DNA of 62,834 bases, filler included, from Rhabdomonas costata (taxonomy: Eukaryota): assembly GCA_019059605.1 (NCBI GenBank). It is 29 parts of 29 records of this genome, joined end to end, with 100 filler letters (N's around TTAATTAATTAA, not from the genome) between each part and the next. Parts side by side here need not be neighbours in the genome. Positions count along the whole stretch, not along the records: positions 32,559 to 34,628 come from JAHMHO010005904.1; positions 34,729 to 36,800 come from JAHMHO010005905.1; positions 36,901 to 38,970 come from JAHMHO010005906.1; positions 39,071 to 41,140 come from JAHMHO010005907.1; positions 41,241 to 43,310 come from JAHMHO010005908.1; positions 43,411 to 45,480 come from JAHMHO010005909.1; positions 45,581 to 47,650 come from JAHMHO010005910.1; 22 more parts are not named here. The stretch is one strand, 5' to 3'. Below are positions 34,622 to 46,042 of the stretch, piece after piece (the stretch's first letter is position 1; each line of letters starts with the position of its first letter). The position numbers were made by a program, and so were the translations under genes. Below the pieces are notes generated by a model. It saw only the letters and a list, made by a program, of their open reading frames with translations, was not told where the DNA came from and did not search any database.

Positions 34622-37448
34622 AACACCCNNNNNNNNNNNNNNNNNNNNNNNNNNNNNNNNNNNNNNNNNNNNTTAATTAATTAANNNNNNNNNNNNNNNN
34701 NNNNNNNNNNNNNNNNNNNNNNNNNNNNTGTGGTGGGTGGTGACGCAAGGTTCTATTATGATCCGGGAACCTTGCGTCACCACCTGACCCCCTGAACCAC
34801 CTGATCCATCCTACTGGGGGAGGCATAAGTGCACAAGCGCCCGATAACAAGCGCCTGGTGATTTCCACCCGGGTTTGAATCAACGGGTTTTTTATTGCTA
34901 CTCCGCCATTTTGCTAGTTTGTTGTTGCTGTTGCTGTGTTCAAGGTGCACACGAGCAGCCGGTCGATTCCAGAATGCTGTCACGATGATAGCCCCTTTGC
35001 AAATGGTGCAAAATCCGAGGCAGCACATCAGGGCTTGAGGCAGAAAATCGTTCAATCGTTTTGTACGCGTGGCAACTGTAATCGTAGTGTCAGTGGTGTT
35101 CACTGGGGTGAACCTCCGGAACTCCGGGCGGTGGGTTGGTCAAAGGATTCAGCGTGGTGTAATCAATGTCATGAAAGCAGGGGGAAGAAATGCTCACACA
35201 CACACAGTGCAGCGATGGTTCATTGGCGAGGTTCCGCTGTTCCTACCGAGCATTGCTCAGCACTGCGAAGCGAATCGTCACATCCCCAAGTTAAATCAGC
35301 AGTGGCTGAGTCGAATGTAGCCTGACGTTAAAAGCTTCGCCTAATAGCTTAAAAACGTTTAGGTAAAAAAATGACAGCACCCTCGAAATGAAATGGCGAG
35401 TGGGACAACATTAGTTTTGGGGGAAGGCCACTCGCGCCGCGGCCGGAGCCGGCGGAAACGCGGCCTGAGGACTTCTTTCAAATATGAAACAATAGAAAAG
35501 AATGTTACCACTGGTAACGGTACCCCCCAACTTCCATTGCACCCTTTCCCTTTCCAGTACAGTGGGGCTTTCTTCCCCCACCCACCCCTCGAATTCTGAA
35601 TAGCCCCAAGCAGCGGCTGCTCGCGTTCTTCCGTACTCCTGCGGGGATGCTCATCGGGGCGTCTCACGGGAAGCACTTCTCCAGCACACACGTTTTGTTC
35701 TTCTGTCATGGGGAAAAAAGGCAAACGGCACGACCAACGACAACAGAGCACCACAAAGAGAGAGAAGCTGCAGGACAGCAAAGAAGCAGGCTGTGATGGA
35801 CCAGGGGGGGGATCCAGCTCCATTAATGTTGGGGGCACAGTTTGGAGAACAAGACTGAAGTCCCTACACATTACGGCAATTTGGTTTCGGAGTGGGAGAG
35901 GGGTTGCATGAAACAGCGAGAATACAGAACCTCCATCAGGTTCTCCCCCTTCCCGCACTCGCATTCGGCCCGGTGTCAAAATTGGATCCTCACTCCGTCC
36001 CAGCTCATCGCCCAGACCTGTACCTGGCCAAACTCACACCGCACCGGGCACCAGGAAATGAAGGCAGTATATTATGAAAGTGACGGACACGTTTGCTTGC
36101 TTCTGCTTTCAGAGCCTCCCTCTCCGAGGCCCGAAAACAACACGCCAGAAAATTAGCCTGGATGAGCTCCGGGGTTTGGGAGTGTGCTGAGGTTGCTTCC
36201 AACTCGAGTCATCTGCCATATCTTCAGAAATAACAGCAATTAGTCCTGACTCATCTCAGAACCGACTCGAGCGCAAGGCAGAACAGTTAGGGCAAGGTCA
36301 CTCATCCAAAACTAGTAAAAAAAAAAGGAAAGCATAGTTTTCGCGAACACCACCCACCTTCTTGAAGACAGAAAAGAAACCTGCTTCCACCAAAATGTAC
36401 CACTAATGTATCTGACTAGACAGATAAAGCGGAGGGGCGGTGCACGCAAACAGCTGGGACGGACCCGACATAAAACCAAGTGTCGCTACCACTACGCTAA
36501 ACTTTGTCAGGGCACTAGTTCGTGACTATGGTTGTGGTTGGGTCTGTGCACGCGTGGGGAAGCAGGGGAGCACGTGAAAGCAACCGATGGAGGTCTTTGA
36601 AAAGTCGTGTGGTGAGGCACCAGACCAGGAATCGTGTCTGTTTTCCATCAGATTTAAAAGGAGAGGGTTCCCCAGAGGGCTTTCGCCAATGACTGTCAGC
36701 ACGTTGAGCTCCATGTATGTGTGGGTGAAACAGAGAGATACTATTGTGTGTGTTCGTGTGTGTGTGTGTGTGTACGCCCAGAAAAAGCAAAGGCCGACCT
36801 NNNNNNNNNNNNNNNNNNNNNNNNNNNNNNNNNNNNNNNNNNNNTTAATTAATTAANNNNNNNNNNNNNNNNNNNNNNNNNNNNNNNNNNNNNNNNNNNN
36901 TGTTTTTAGGACTGCAATGGTAAAACAAGCTTAACATTACTTTCAACCCCAAGTCGTGCACCCAAAGCCGTCCAAAAAACGAGCCGGAATACAATATCAG
37001 GGCTTTCCTCCCAGAAGTACGGGAAGAAAATAATTGCTCGAGAAGGTGACAGAGAAGGGACCAACACCGATGACTGCGCTTTTTCTTCCTCTTGATGCTG
37101 AGGTGAAGACTAGAAAAAATGCATCAGGCCTGCTGCAGGCTGACGGGGGGAACAAAGAAGATAGAAGAATAAAGGCTTCAACAATCCAACCAAGGGCGAC
37201 GACGAGTGATCTGCACTGCACAGTATCTGACATCCTTCCAAGAGAGGCTAACACCAATTTATCACATGCTTCGTAGACCAGTGGGACAGGATACCACTGT
37301 GGCACAGCAGATGCCCGCCGCAACAAATGAGGTTTACCCGTGGGCATGCCTTTAAAGGGCCCCAAGAACGCTTACACTGCAATACGGAACCCCCTCCCCC
37401 TCGCCATGGAGGCGGAGGTGGGCAGACGGGGGAGAACACTCAAGGGAC

Positions 37449-38440
37449 CTGGTAGAACATTCGCAGGATGGGGCTGAACTGCATGCACGGGTTGCACCAG
37501 AGAGCGCTGAAGTAGATCCCAAGCGTCTGAAACAGAAAAAAAAATGGCAAACTAAAGCTCCTGGTATCTTCTTTGACTTTTCCGGGCTGCGTAGATAAGA
37601 CTCGCCTCAGCAAGGATGGCGTGGATAGTGTACGTCAGGACATTTGAGGTCAATGTTCGCCTAACCAGAGATAAACGCACCAACCAAAGTGGAGTAGATA
37701 TCAATACCCTTTTGATTGGTATCGTGTTGGCCTATTGGGGCCAATGCAAATCTATGGCCATTTGGGGAATAAGTCAAACTCAGAAGTGGCGCCAGAAGGG
37801 ACCGCGGCGCCCCAAAGCCGACAACGTGCATATGGACGCACACCGTAAGCGAAAGTTATGAATAAATCAGTCGCGTGACCAACAACACGCTGCACCCCAT
37901 TTTATCCAAGAATGGGGTCAATGGGCTTCCTTTATCAACCTCTGTGTGCTCTGAATGGCAGTGATGACTCTTTCTTCTGGTCATCAACACTCACCAAAAC
38001 CCATTAGATGCCTCGGGATTGCAGTAAAGGACTGAACCGACACCTTTGGTTCATTGAACCTTACACGACCGTCCCCTCGAGAAGCCTCCCAACTCTCCCC
38101 GATCAACCTTTCCCTGGAGGTCCTTCACGGAGCGGGGCTTTCCGGAGGCGTCGACGAGGGCACCGGCCTCACCCAGGATCTTCTCGATCTCCACTCGGTC
38201 CGCAACGGACCACGCATGCACCACCCGGGGGCTCTCCTGCTGCTCCTGCCGCAGCTTCATTGCCAGCCCCGCGCCCAGGCCGGCCAGCAGAATGGCCCAC
38301 AGACGGTTGCTGCTGGAGGAGGACGAGGACGCCGCCGTGGTGGCCGGGGCAACGGTGGAGGAGGAGCGCGGGAGCATCCGTCCCAGGGTGGAGGGCCTTG
38401 GACTGGCCCGAGCGAGGGCAGCTCGTAGGGAGGACAGCAT
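37449..38440 (-). CDS. Tryparedoxin/nucleoredoxin-like thioredoxin with mitochondrial-type presequence and TM anchor, 5' exons
   Basis: Exon 38108-38440: MLSSLRAALARASPR... (R/S/A-rich, no acidic residues), TM LWAILLAGLGAGLAM, then ...VKDLQGK. Exon 37449-37526: TLGIYFSALWCNPCMQFSPILRMFYQ. Confidence 0.88.
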
Positions 38441-39450
38441 TGTGCGGCGAGAAGTGAAACGAGGTACTGGCTGCGATACCTTCAGAGGTCTATTTGAATC
38501 TGTGGCACTACACTGAGCAAAAAAGAACAAAAAGGTCTTTGGAAGCACCCACTTCAGTTGACAGCAGCAAGAGCTATTGATCTGGGCCGGGCGCAGAAAG
38601 GGCATCAGCGCAGCGCGGTGGTTTACCGTTACTCCGCAGTTCGCAGGGATTCTCAAGCAAGACTCATTGAATGAGCTTAATTTAGTCAATGAAAGTAATC
38701 CCTAATGCTCTCTTGGCCTTTTGATTCTGGCGGCAAACGGGCGTCCAAAATCAACCCAAGAACCGACAAAAGTAACACTCAGAATCCGAGAAATCAATGC
38801 AGTTTCCCCCAATTACCGGCGCCAAAAAGCGGGAGTGAGATTACCTGCTGTACAATTGAATTCGCTCAATTCATGAAAACCTGCAGTCGTAATTTCCCGC
38901 CGGGTGAGAGCAAGTCTTAAGAGACCCAAACCGGGTACAGATGTCAGCGCGCATTTTCCAACCACAACAANNNNNNNNNNNNNNNNNNNNNNNNNNNNNN
39001 NNNNNNNNNNNNNNTTAATTAATTAANNNNNNNNNNNNNNNNNNNNNNNNNNNNNNNNNNNNNNNNNNNNTTTTGGGAACTGCTGAAGAGGGGGTTCTAC
39101 GTGGCCAAGCTTGTGTTCTTTCGGTTTTCAGGGTCAGCCAACGTCTTCGGTTCCGATTATGAGGTGCCTTGCTCAATTTTGTTTGTTTCTTCGTTGTTGT
39201 GTGGTGCGTCGCCGTTTCCTTCGCCGCATCACCTTTGAACTTGGATTCCTCAGTCTTAGCAACGCGTGTTTTCGTCTGCGCGTTGAAGGGTTCATTGAAA
39301 AGTGAATTATAGTGTTTGATAGGTGGGGGGGCAATGCATTCCGTCAGAGCGTGCTTTCGCTCTTTGTTCGGTGTAGTTTGCCCCAAGTACCGGAATCCGA
39401 ATTTCGGGTATAATTTTTCCATCTTTAAAATAGTAATTACATTATTACAA

Positions 39451-39903
39451 GTAAAGACTGAGTGGGCTCTGCATTCGAAACCCACCCCAGCAATTCCCAT
39501 CACGGGGCGGTTTGTGAACAACGTAAAGGGAGGGGTCCCAATTGAGAGCGTTGCGTGCGTGGCTGTGATCAAAATTTGCGCATCTCCCTTTGGAGGGGGG
39601 GGGTCCTCAGATGGGGTCCCCAAATAGAGGGGGGTTATCAATTGCACGGGTGCCTGCGTCAAGGTGTTCTGTATGTAAGTACGTCTCCGAATGTACTCGC
39701 TCTGGAACGTAGGCAATCGCAACCCCACAAACCACCTTCCCCGCGACTCCCTTTGACCCGCACACACTAATCAGGTGTACCCGAGGGGGGGGGTCATCGC
39801 ACCCGTGCCAAGAGTCCGTGTTCACTCCAAGATTCCCTATATCGCCTCGTCATGAGAATTTTTGTGGTGGGATTCGAATCCATAGAGCCCACTCAGTCTC
39901 TAC
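39451..39903. mobile_element. MITE-like element of ~450 bp with ~60-bp imperfect terminal inverted repeats
   Basis: 39451-39509 (GTAAAGACTGAGTGGGCTCTGCATTCGAAACCCACCCCAGCAATTCCCATCACGGGGCG) aligns with the reverse complement of 39843-39903 (GTAGAGACTGAGTGGGCTCTATGGATTCGAATCCCACCACAAAAATTCTCATGACGAGGCG). No convincing coding sequence inside. Confidence 0.7.
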
Positions 39904-40102
39904 TAAGATTGCATTAATGTGCACAGGCTGCTTATAATATACTCGGGGCACAAACAACTGCATCCACACACTCACATTTGCCCCGATAGTTTTGCCTAGG
40001 TTTCTCCCGTCCGCAATTTCCGAGACTTTTCGTGCCTTCCCTTTAGTGCGGGGGCGGTCCTGAGTCTCCCGCCCCTGTTTTTCACTATGTCATTCCTTTT
40101 AG

Positions 40103-41002
40103 CACGGCGCTGCTGATGGTGGCCCTGGTGCGCGTCTTCACGGGGCCGCTGAGCCGCCTCGTGCAGGCCGTGACGGCGTTGTGCGCGATGGACGTGGCGG
40201 AGGTGGAGCCCTTCCCGCGGTCCACGCTGACCGAGGTGGACGCCCTGACGCAGGCCTTCAACGTTCTCACGCGCAGTCTCACGGAGTACCGCAAGTATGG
40301 TGGCTGTACCCCAAACGGTGCCTGCCCGGCCTGCGAGGTCTGGTGGCAGGGATTTCTCAATTGTGATCATGCCGCGGCTGGGACAATCCAACGCTGTCGT
40401 TGGATTGCACTCAGCGGCGTTGGTATTTTTCGGCAGACCGTGAGGAGGGAGGGCTGGTGCTTGTATGACAGCAATGCTTCGTGCGCCACTCAAAGGGACA
40501 CACGATCACCACAACAAAGATTCTCCGAACAATTCTGGTCGTTCCACACCTTTCCGTTGTCCACGGTATTGGTACCTGCACGGGGCTGGTATGTATGTAT
40601 GACAGCACTGCTTCTTGCACCACTCAAACGGACACATGACCACCACAACTGCAGCAATAACAGGTTGTCTGAATGTTTTCCCAATTGTCTCGTGGACCTG
40701 CGCTTGCACGTTCGGGTCCATTCTCACGCTACTGAGTATATGCCATTCACTGGAACTGAATAGTTTTGGAAACCTCAGTTTTCAGATTTCTGATGGCTGG
40801 ACTTCACAGATACATGCCCGAGGCACTGTTTGCGAGGGACGAGACGGAGGACCCCGTGGGGGCGAGCCCGATGGCCGAGCCCGCGGCGGTGGCTGACATT
40901 CCACAGAGCTTGAGCCGCACCACATCGACATCGGGAGATGAGCTGGTGGCCCCCGATGGCCCCCGCCGCAGCAGTGGCTCCGCCGAAGCCGCGCGATGCA
41001 AG
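40103..41002 (+). CDS. Receptor cyclase-type TM plus HAMP segment, two exons
   Basis: Exon 40103-40294 (VRVFTGPLSRLVQAVTALCAMDV..STLTEVDALTQAFNVLTRSLTEYRK) splices to the exon from 40810 (YMPEALF). This is a HAMP domain followed by the EYRxYxP linker. Confidence 0.82.
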
Positions 41003-41482
41003 GCTTGTGCCTATCTGCTGTTTTGCACGTCTGTCCTCAGATAGGACGTTTTTCTATTGCGTGTGCGTACCGCGTCCGTTTGCATGTGTGTATTTTGTTT
41101 CAGAATGAGGTGATAAACTGACGCGGTACGCACACACCACNNNNNNNNNNNNNNNNNNNNNNNNNNNNNNNNNNNNNNNNNNNNTTAATTAATTAANNNN
41201 NNNNNNNNNNNNNNNNNNNNNNNNNNNNNNNNNNNNNNNNGGGGTGTGTTTGGTGGTGGGGTGATGGGTAAGTCGAAATCATTGGTATGCAGTATGGGAG
41301 AATACGGGCAATGGACAACAAACAAAGGCCAGGACATGAGATGGAGAACAACATGGAGCAATGTTTGACAAGCAAACAGAACAGGGAACCGGAGGGAGCA
41401 GCTAGCGAGGCGTAACAGACGTCGGAGAGATGAAAGGCAGGGAATTTCTGAAGCAGAAGAAAACATTGATTCATCCCCACAC

Positions 41483-41579
41483 CTGCTGACTCCTGAACGC
41501 GAGAGCCCAAGCAATCACAGAGTGAACAAAGCGCAAGCAGCAGTGCTAGGAAGGGCACCCGTAAGTGGAAGTTCGTCAT
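41483..41579 (-). CDS. First exon of a putative secreted protein (signal peptide)
   Basis: MTNFHLRVPFLALLLALCSLCDCLGSRVQESAG followed by a GT donor. An AG lies 6 nt upstream of the ATG. Confidence 0.45.
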
Positions 41580-42662
41580 TTTTTCCTGGTCAGAACGGAT
41601 GCTAAACAAGCTGAAAGAAAAGGTAGGGCGACACCGCTGAATTGACATCAGCGCGAGCAAAGAAAGAAGCCGACGGCTCTATAAGCCTCTTCAGGGCCCG
41701 ATTTCAGCGACCACCACGTGATCAAAGCAGAGCTGGTTTCAAAACGATGAGCCACCGGGTGTCCCATGTAAATTGAGGCACTCCTTTTGGGATAACACAC
41801 GCAATATACACCGCACACTAGGCTTTGGGTCGAAAAATCAAAGCCGTAAAGCCATCCACGAGTACCACGGTCCACAAATTGGGACACCAACGGCATCGTG
41901 GGGAAGTCAAAGCGAAGAGGGATCATCAAAAGTCGGTTGAATATTCGCGCAGCATCGTGCTTTTCCATTCGACCGACCTACAACAATCCACTACCTAAAT
42001 CTGATAAAGGATTGGAAAGAAGACAGACAGCAATTGCAATGCTCCTTAAAGATAAGACCACAGTCTCTTTTCTTTTTTTTTCTAGATCCTCGCAAACAAT
42101 GAGTTTCCTTCAGAAGTGCCCAGCCTGGAGTTGTCTCGGGTGTCACATTCCGCGCATAACACACCATCCAGGCGGAGCTTTAAACCTGAAAACCGAACCC
42201 GAACCCTCGGCTTGCTGTGCGTTTGGTCCGCGTGTCAACATAGCAAGGCGAAATAATCACAAAAACGCAGTGGCCCAAGTCCTCTACCTTTCGGTATGGT
42301 ACTGTAGCAACACCCACAGCAACGACATCCACAAAAAGTGCAACACAGTGAGCGGACGAAGCAAAGAAATGCAAATACGCACGCGGAGAGGGGATGAAGG
42401 CAGTGGGCAGTCCACTGCCTCCCCCCAATTCCACTTCCAAAAAAGAAACGCACGCGCTTACAACCCATTGAGCAAGTTATGGGAAGAAAAGTCAAAATGA
42501 AGGGGTGACGATCTAACTAATTGCAAAGAGGAGTATTTCTCCACGGACCGGGGGTGCACAAGACAGAAGCACGGCAAAATCTCGCGAAGCGCGCCCACCT
42601 GAAACCCCCCATACTACAACCCTTCTCCCATGAGCTGCAGTGTAAAAAGCAAAATGCCAGGC

Positions 42663-42860
42663 TCAATCTCCCGTGGCTATGACAACCGAGAAGAACACCA
42701 GGATAACCACGCAGTACCCGACCAGCAGGAACCACGCCAGCACCGACGCGGTGACAATCCAGAGCGGGGGCCATAGATTCCTGGCGGGCTTCCCTCGCAC
42801 CGGCGCCACCTCAGAGGGAGGCACGGCGGCCGCGCACAGGACGGTTCCGGTCTCGCAGCA
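42663..42860 (-). CDS. Exon encoding a TM segment of an unknown protein
   Basis: GC-rich ORF LWPPLWIVTASVLAWFLLVGYCVVILVFFSVVIATG. Confidence 0.45.
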   Translation of the reverse strand, partial: CCETGTVLCAAAVPPSEVAPVRGKPARNLWPPLWIVTASVLAWFLLVGYCVVILVFFSVVIATGD

Positions 42861-43410
42861 CACCAAGCTGGGCCTATGGGACATCCCCACACATCGCCAG
42901 AAGGTTCCCCCTTCGCTCAAGAACTACCGATTTACGAGTATTCGTAATTCCGCCGGGCCACTCTGGTTGCTCGGGTCGCAAGAGTCCGTCCACCCATCCT
43001 TTCCTTTCAAACTTTCACTATTTTTTACGAGTCTGAATTGGTCCCAGCGACACCAACAACAGAAATCAGTGCTGACACACAGGCGTGCGGTGGGGGGATG
43101 GCGTGCCAGCCTACAGTTCTTTCTCGAAACCCAAGTTCAAGCAAGCGCAAAAAAGAAACGGTCCTTCCAAGCGTATATAAAGGCAAAAAGGGCCCAAAAA
43201 GACTCCAAAATAACCCTTAAATGGCCTCTAGGGTGTAAACACAACCAATCCGGTGCCAGCATGAAATACTCCTGAAGGGCTCAACCCTGAGGTATGCTAA
43301 GCAGGCCCGGNNNNNNNNNNNNNNNNNNNNNNNNNNNNNNNNNNNNNNNNNNNNTTAATTAATTAANNNNNNNNNNNNNNNNNNNNNNNNNNNNNNNNNN
43401 NNNNNNNNNN

Positions 43411-43699
43411 GCCCCCCGTCCAAGGCCTGAAGTAGGGCCCGGACCCCATCCACGGTCATGTCCCCCATCTGGCCCCACAGGTTGGGGTGCTGCACAAGGG
43501 GCTCCTCGCCACGGGCCAGGTGGCCCCGCTCGACGTACCCCGGGTCGTCCTGGCTAAGGTGGGGGTACAACGAGGCCAGCGTTTCCGCGGTGAAGTCCCG
43601 CACCACGGAGGACCCATGAGAGGACCTCTGCCACACGCCCTGCGCGGCCACCGCCGCCAAGCCACAGCCACCAGTCACCGCAAGAGCCAGCCGCCTCAT
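43411..43699 (-). CDS. 5' end of a protein, possibly class I SAM methyltransferase-like
   Basis: MRRLALAVTGGCGLAAVAA... ending MGDMTVDGVRALLQAL, reminiscent of the (Y)GE/DxTxxG motif that precedes motif I in DOT1-like methyltransferases. Truncated by the contig end. Confidence 0.4.
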
Positions 43700-44228
43700 G
43701 GTGTCTGGATGGTGGAGGCAAAGAGTTGGCGGTATGCGCGCTCTCAAAGAATTGGAGGGAACCAAGAAATCTGCCCGAAACACCCGTCGGAAAACATAGA
43801 CTCACCTCGACTTTTCCGCACACATGACGCTAAGGCTCCCATGTGTTTTGAGGACTTGCTGTCGAAAAGAAATAAAAAAGACAATTCCGGAGATGCTCGC
43901 ACAACACAAAGAGGCATGTGCGTTCAGTCTGTCAGAATCAAAGCACAGACCAATTACGACACAGTTGCAAGAAGACCTTGTCAGTGCAGGTGATCGGGGC
44001 ACGTGCATGCTAACTCCACCCTTTATTTACTCCGATGTCCATTTCTCTCAGCTGCCCAACCTCCCCCACTGCCAGCAGTTTGTGCAAAATGCCTTTTGGA
44101 GCGGAACTCCGCAATTCAACGGGGATCTCTTCTCCGCGGTATGTTGCAGAGCTTGACAAACACAACACTGCTTGCATCACAGAGGAGCAAAAGCTGACGC
44201 CTTGAGAACGATAGGTGCAGCTCCGAAT

Positions 44229-45060
44229 TCACGGGCAGACTTTGTTGCGGACCCGGAAAAGGGCATCTCCCCCACCATACACAATGTCGTGGTGAGTCAT
44301 GGCCTGTGCCAGGGCTCGCGTGGAGCCTTCCGTGTCCGCGGGGTGGACCAGGCCCCAGCACAGCGCCAGCTTCAGCACCCACTGCGAGGTCAGAGCGCTG
44401 AACGGCACCCGGGCCTGCGCCAGCTTCAGCTGCACATACCCCCACAGTGCAAGCAACACCAAGTTGCCCATGGGAAGGGGGTCGAGAGCAAGATAACTGT
44501 CACCAAGACATGGAAACCTTGCAGAACTTTCCAGTTGACTCAACAGGCAACCCAAGCAATAATAAGGTTTTCGCACCTCAAGCTTTCGTGTGGATTTTTT
44601 ACTCGTTCAATCCTCATCCGATCCTAACTGTGGTTAGCTGTAGTGTGGTGTATGGCAGTGATGCCCGCAAACTACTTTACCAAGACACCATTAATCGTGA
44701 GCAATGGAGTCCTTCTCACACGACTAACCTGACAGTCCTTCTTTCGTTTCGAAGACAAAGGAGATGGCAGGCCGATAAAACGAGCCTGCATTGTGAGCGA
44801 TGAGCCCAGCATACCCCCCGCGCCCAGGCTTGGGCCGCCAGCTCGTACTTCCCCAGTTGCTCCGCGGCCACGGCCAGACCGGAGAACACGCAACACACCG
44901 CAGGGTCAGCTGCCGCACACCCCAGGGTGGCCGCCCCGCCATCGCCACCCCCGCTGCCCAAGCGTTGGGCTATTCCTCGGAACAGCTCCAGGGCGCGGCC
45001 AAACTGCTGCGCCCGCAGACTGTTATGGGCGACGTCGCTGTCCTTCAAAATGGCCTCCAG
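44229..45060 (-). CDS. TPR-like helical protein, last exons
   Basis: Exon from 45060 (LEAILKDSDVAHNSLRAQQFGRALELFR..LAVAAEQLGKYELAAQAWARG) and a terminal exon ending at 44229. Confidence 0.5.
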
Positions 45061-45846
45061 CTGTTTGTGAGTGGTTGGTAAGCAAAACAAACACGAAGGA
45101 AAGGAGCGAGTGGCACAGTAAAGCAACTCACAAGTATGGTACAAAAGAATTTGCATACACGCAAAGGCCCTGCGATGAAGAGAGACACAAACTTCCAGTA
45201 GGCACTTTTCTTCGCTCATCTGAGAAGACTGGCAGAGAGGTTTTCGCGCAATGTGGGCTTCCGTTCCTTCCCTGCAGGAATTTTCGGGTCTATTCTTGGT
45301 TTCACTCCCGTTGTATTGAGCCTGGGAACACGCGGGGGCAATCAGGGTGCGGGTTTCCTATTCCATCTGTTGGTCTTTTCCTGTGTTGTTCTGTCTCGAT
45401 TGCCTTGAAACAGGGTGGAGGGCATCTTCCCCAGCAAATTTACCTAACTGAATTTCCACACACCCAACAAACCCAACACANNNNNNNNNNNNNNNNNNNN
45501 NNNNNNNNNNNNNNNNNNNNNNNNTTAATTAATTAANNNNNNNNNNNNNNNNNNNNNNNNNNNNNNNNNNNNNNNNNNNNGATGGGCGCCCATCAACCTG
45601 TGTTATAATATGCAGTAAGATTTCGAAAGGACTTCTGCCCTGCAGCAGATGAAGAAGGTGCGTTATTCCCAAGACACCGGAGTCTGGATGTCTGCACAAG
45701 ACAAAGATTTGCGCGCATGATATAGAATTGTTTCGCAACTTGAATTTCTGCACTGACTTGGATTGGGTGCTCTGGAGTACAATGTGCTGCCTTCTCATGC
45801 ACCATGCCATCCTTACCTTCCACGGTTATGTCTTCCCCCACAACAG

Positions 45847-46042
45847 GGCGGGCACCCAGCGGCTGCTGATGCACAGCCTGGCCGCGGCAGAGTTCCCGAT
45901 GGACGGCGCGGCTGCCGTCGCTGCGGTGGACTCCGTGCAGGCGGCGGATGTGAAGGCCGTGGTGTCGAAGATGCTCAGCAGCAAGGCCACCCTGGTGCAC
46001 CTCGGCGACAGCCCCGCGGCTCCCGTGCTGGCGGACCTCTGA
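45847..46042 (+). CDS. M16 peptidase family C-terminus (MPP-alpha / cytochrome bc1 core protein 2), terminal exon
   Basis: AVDSVQAADVKAVVSKMLSSKATLVHLGDSPAAPVLADL* matches the QCR2/MPP-alpha terminal pattern 'IDSVTAADVxxxAxKxxxxKxxxxxxGxxxxxPxxxEL'. Confidence 0.8.

Noticed and set aside
34729..36800. Exon-like blocks in contig 17
   Set aside because: No family motif and ambiguous frames, so no call can be supported.
37961..38035. GTGATGA...CTGA box C/D candidate in an intron
   Set aside because: It is antisense to the host gene, and no terminal stem or recognisable guide was seen.
39015..39767. 250-aa ORF on the - strand
   Set aside because: It runs through the linker Ns and a MITE-like element, with no coding-like composition.
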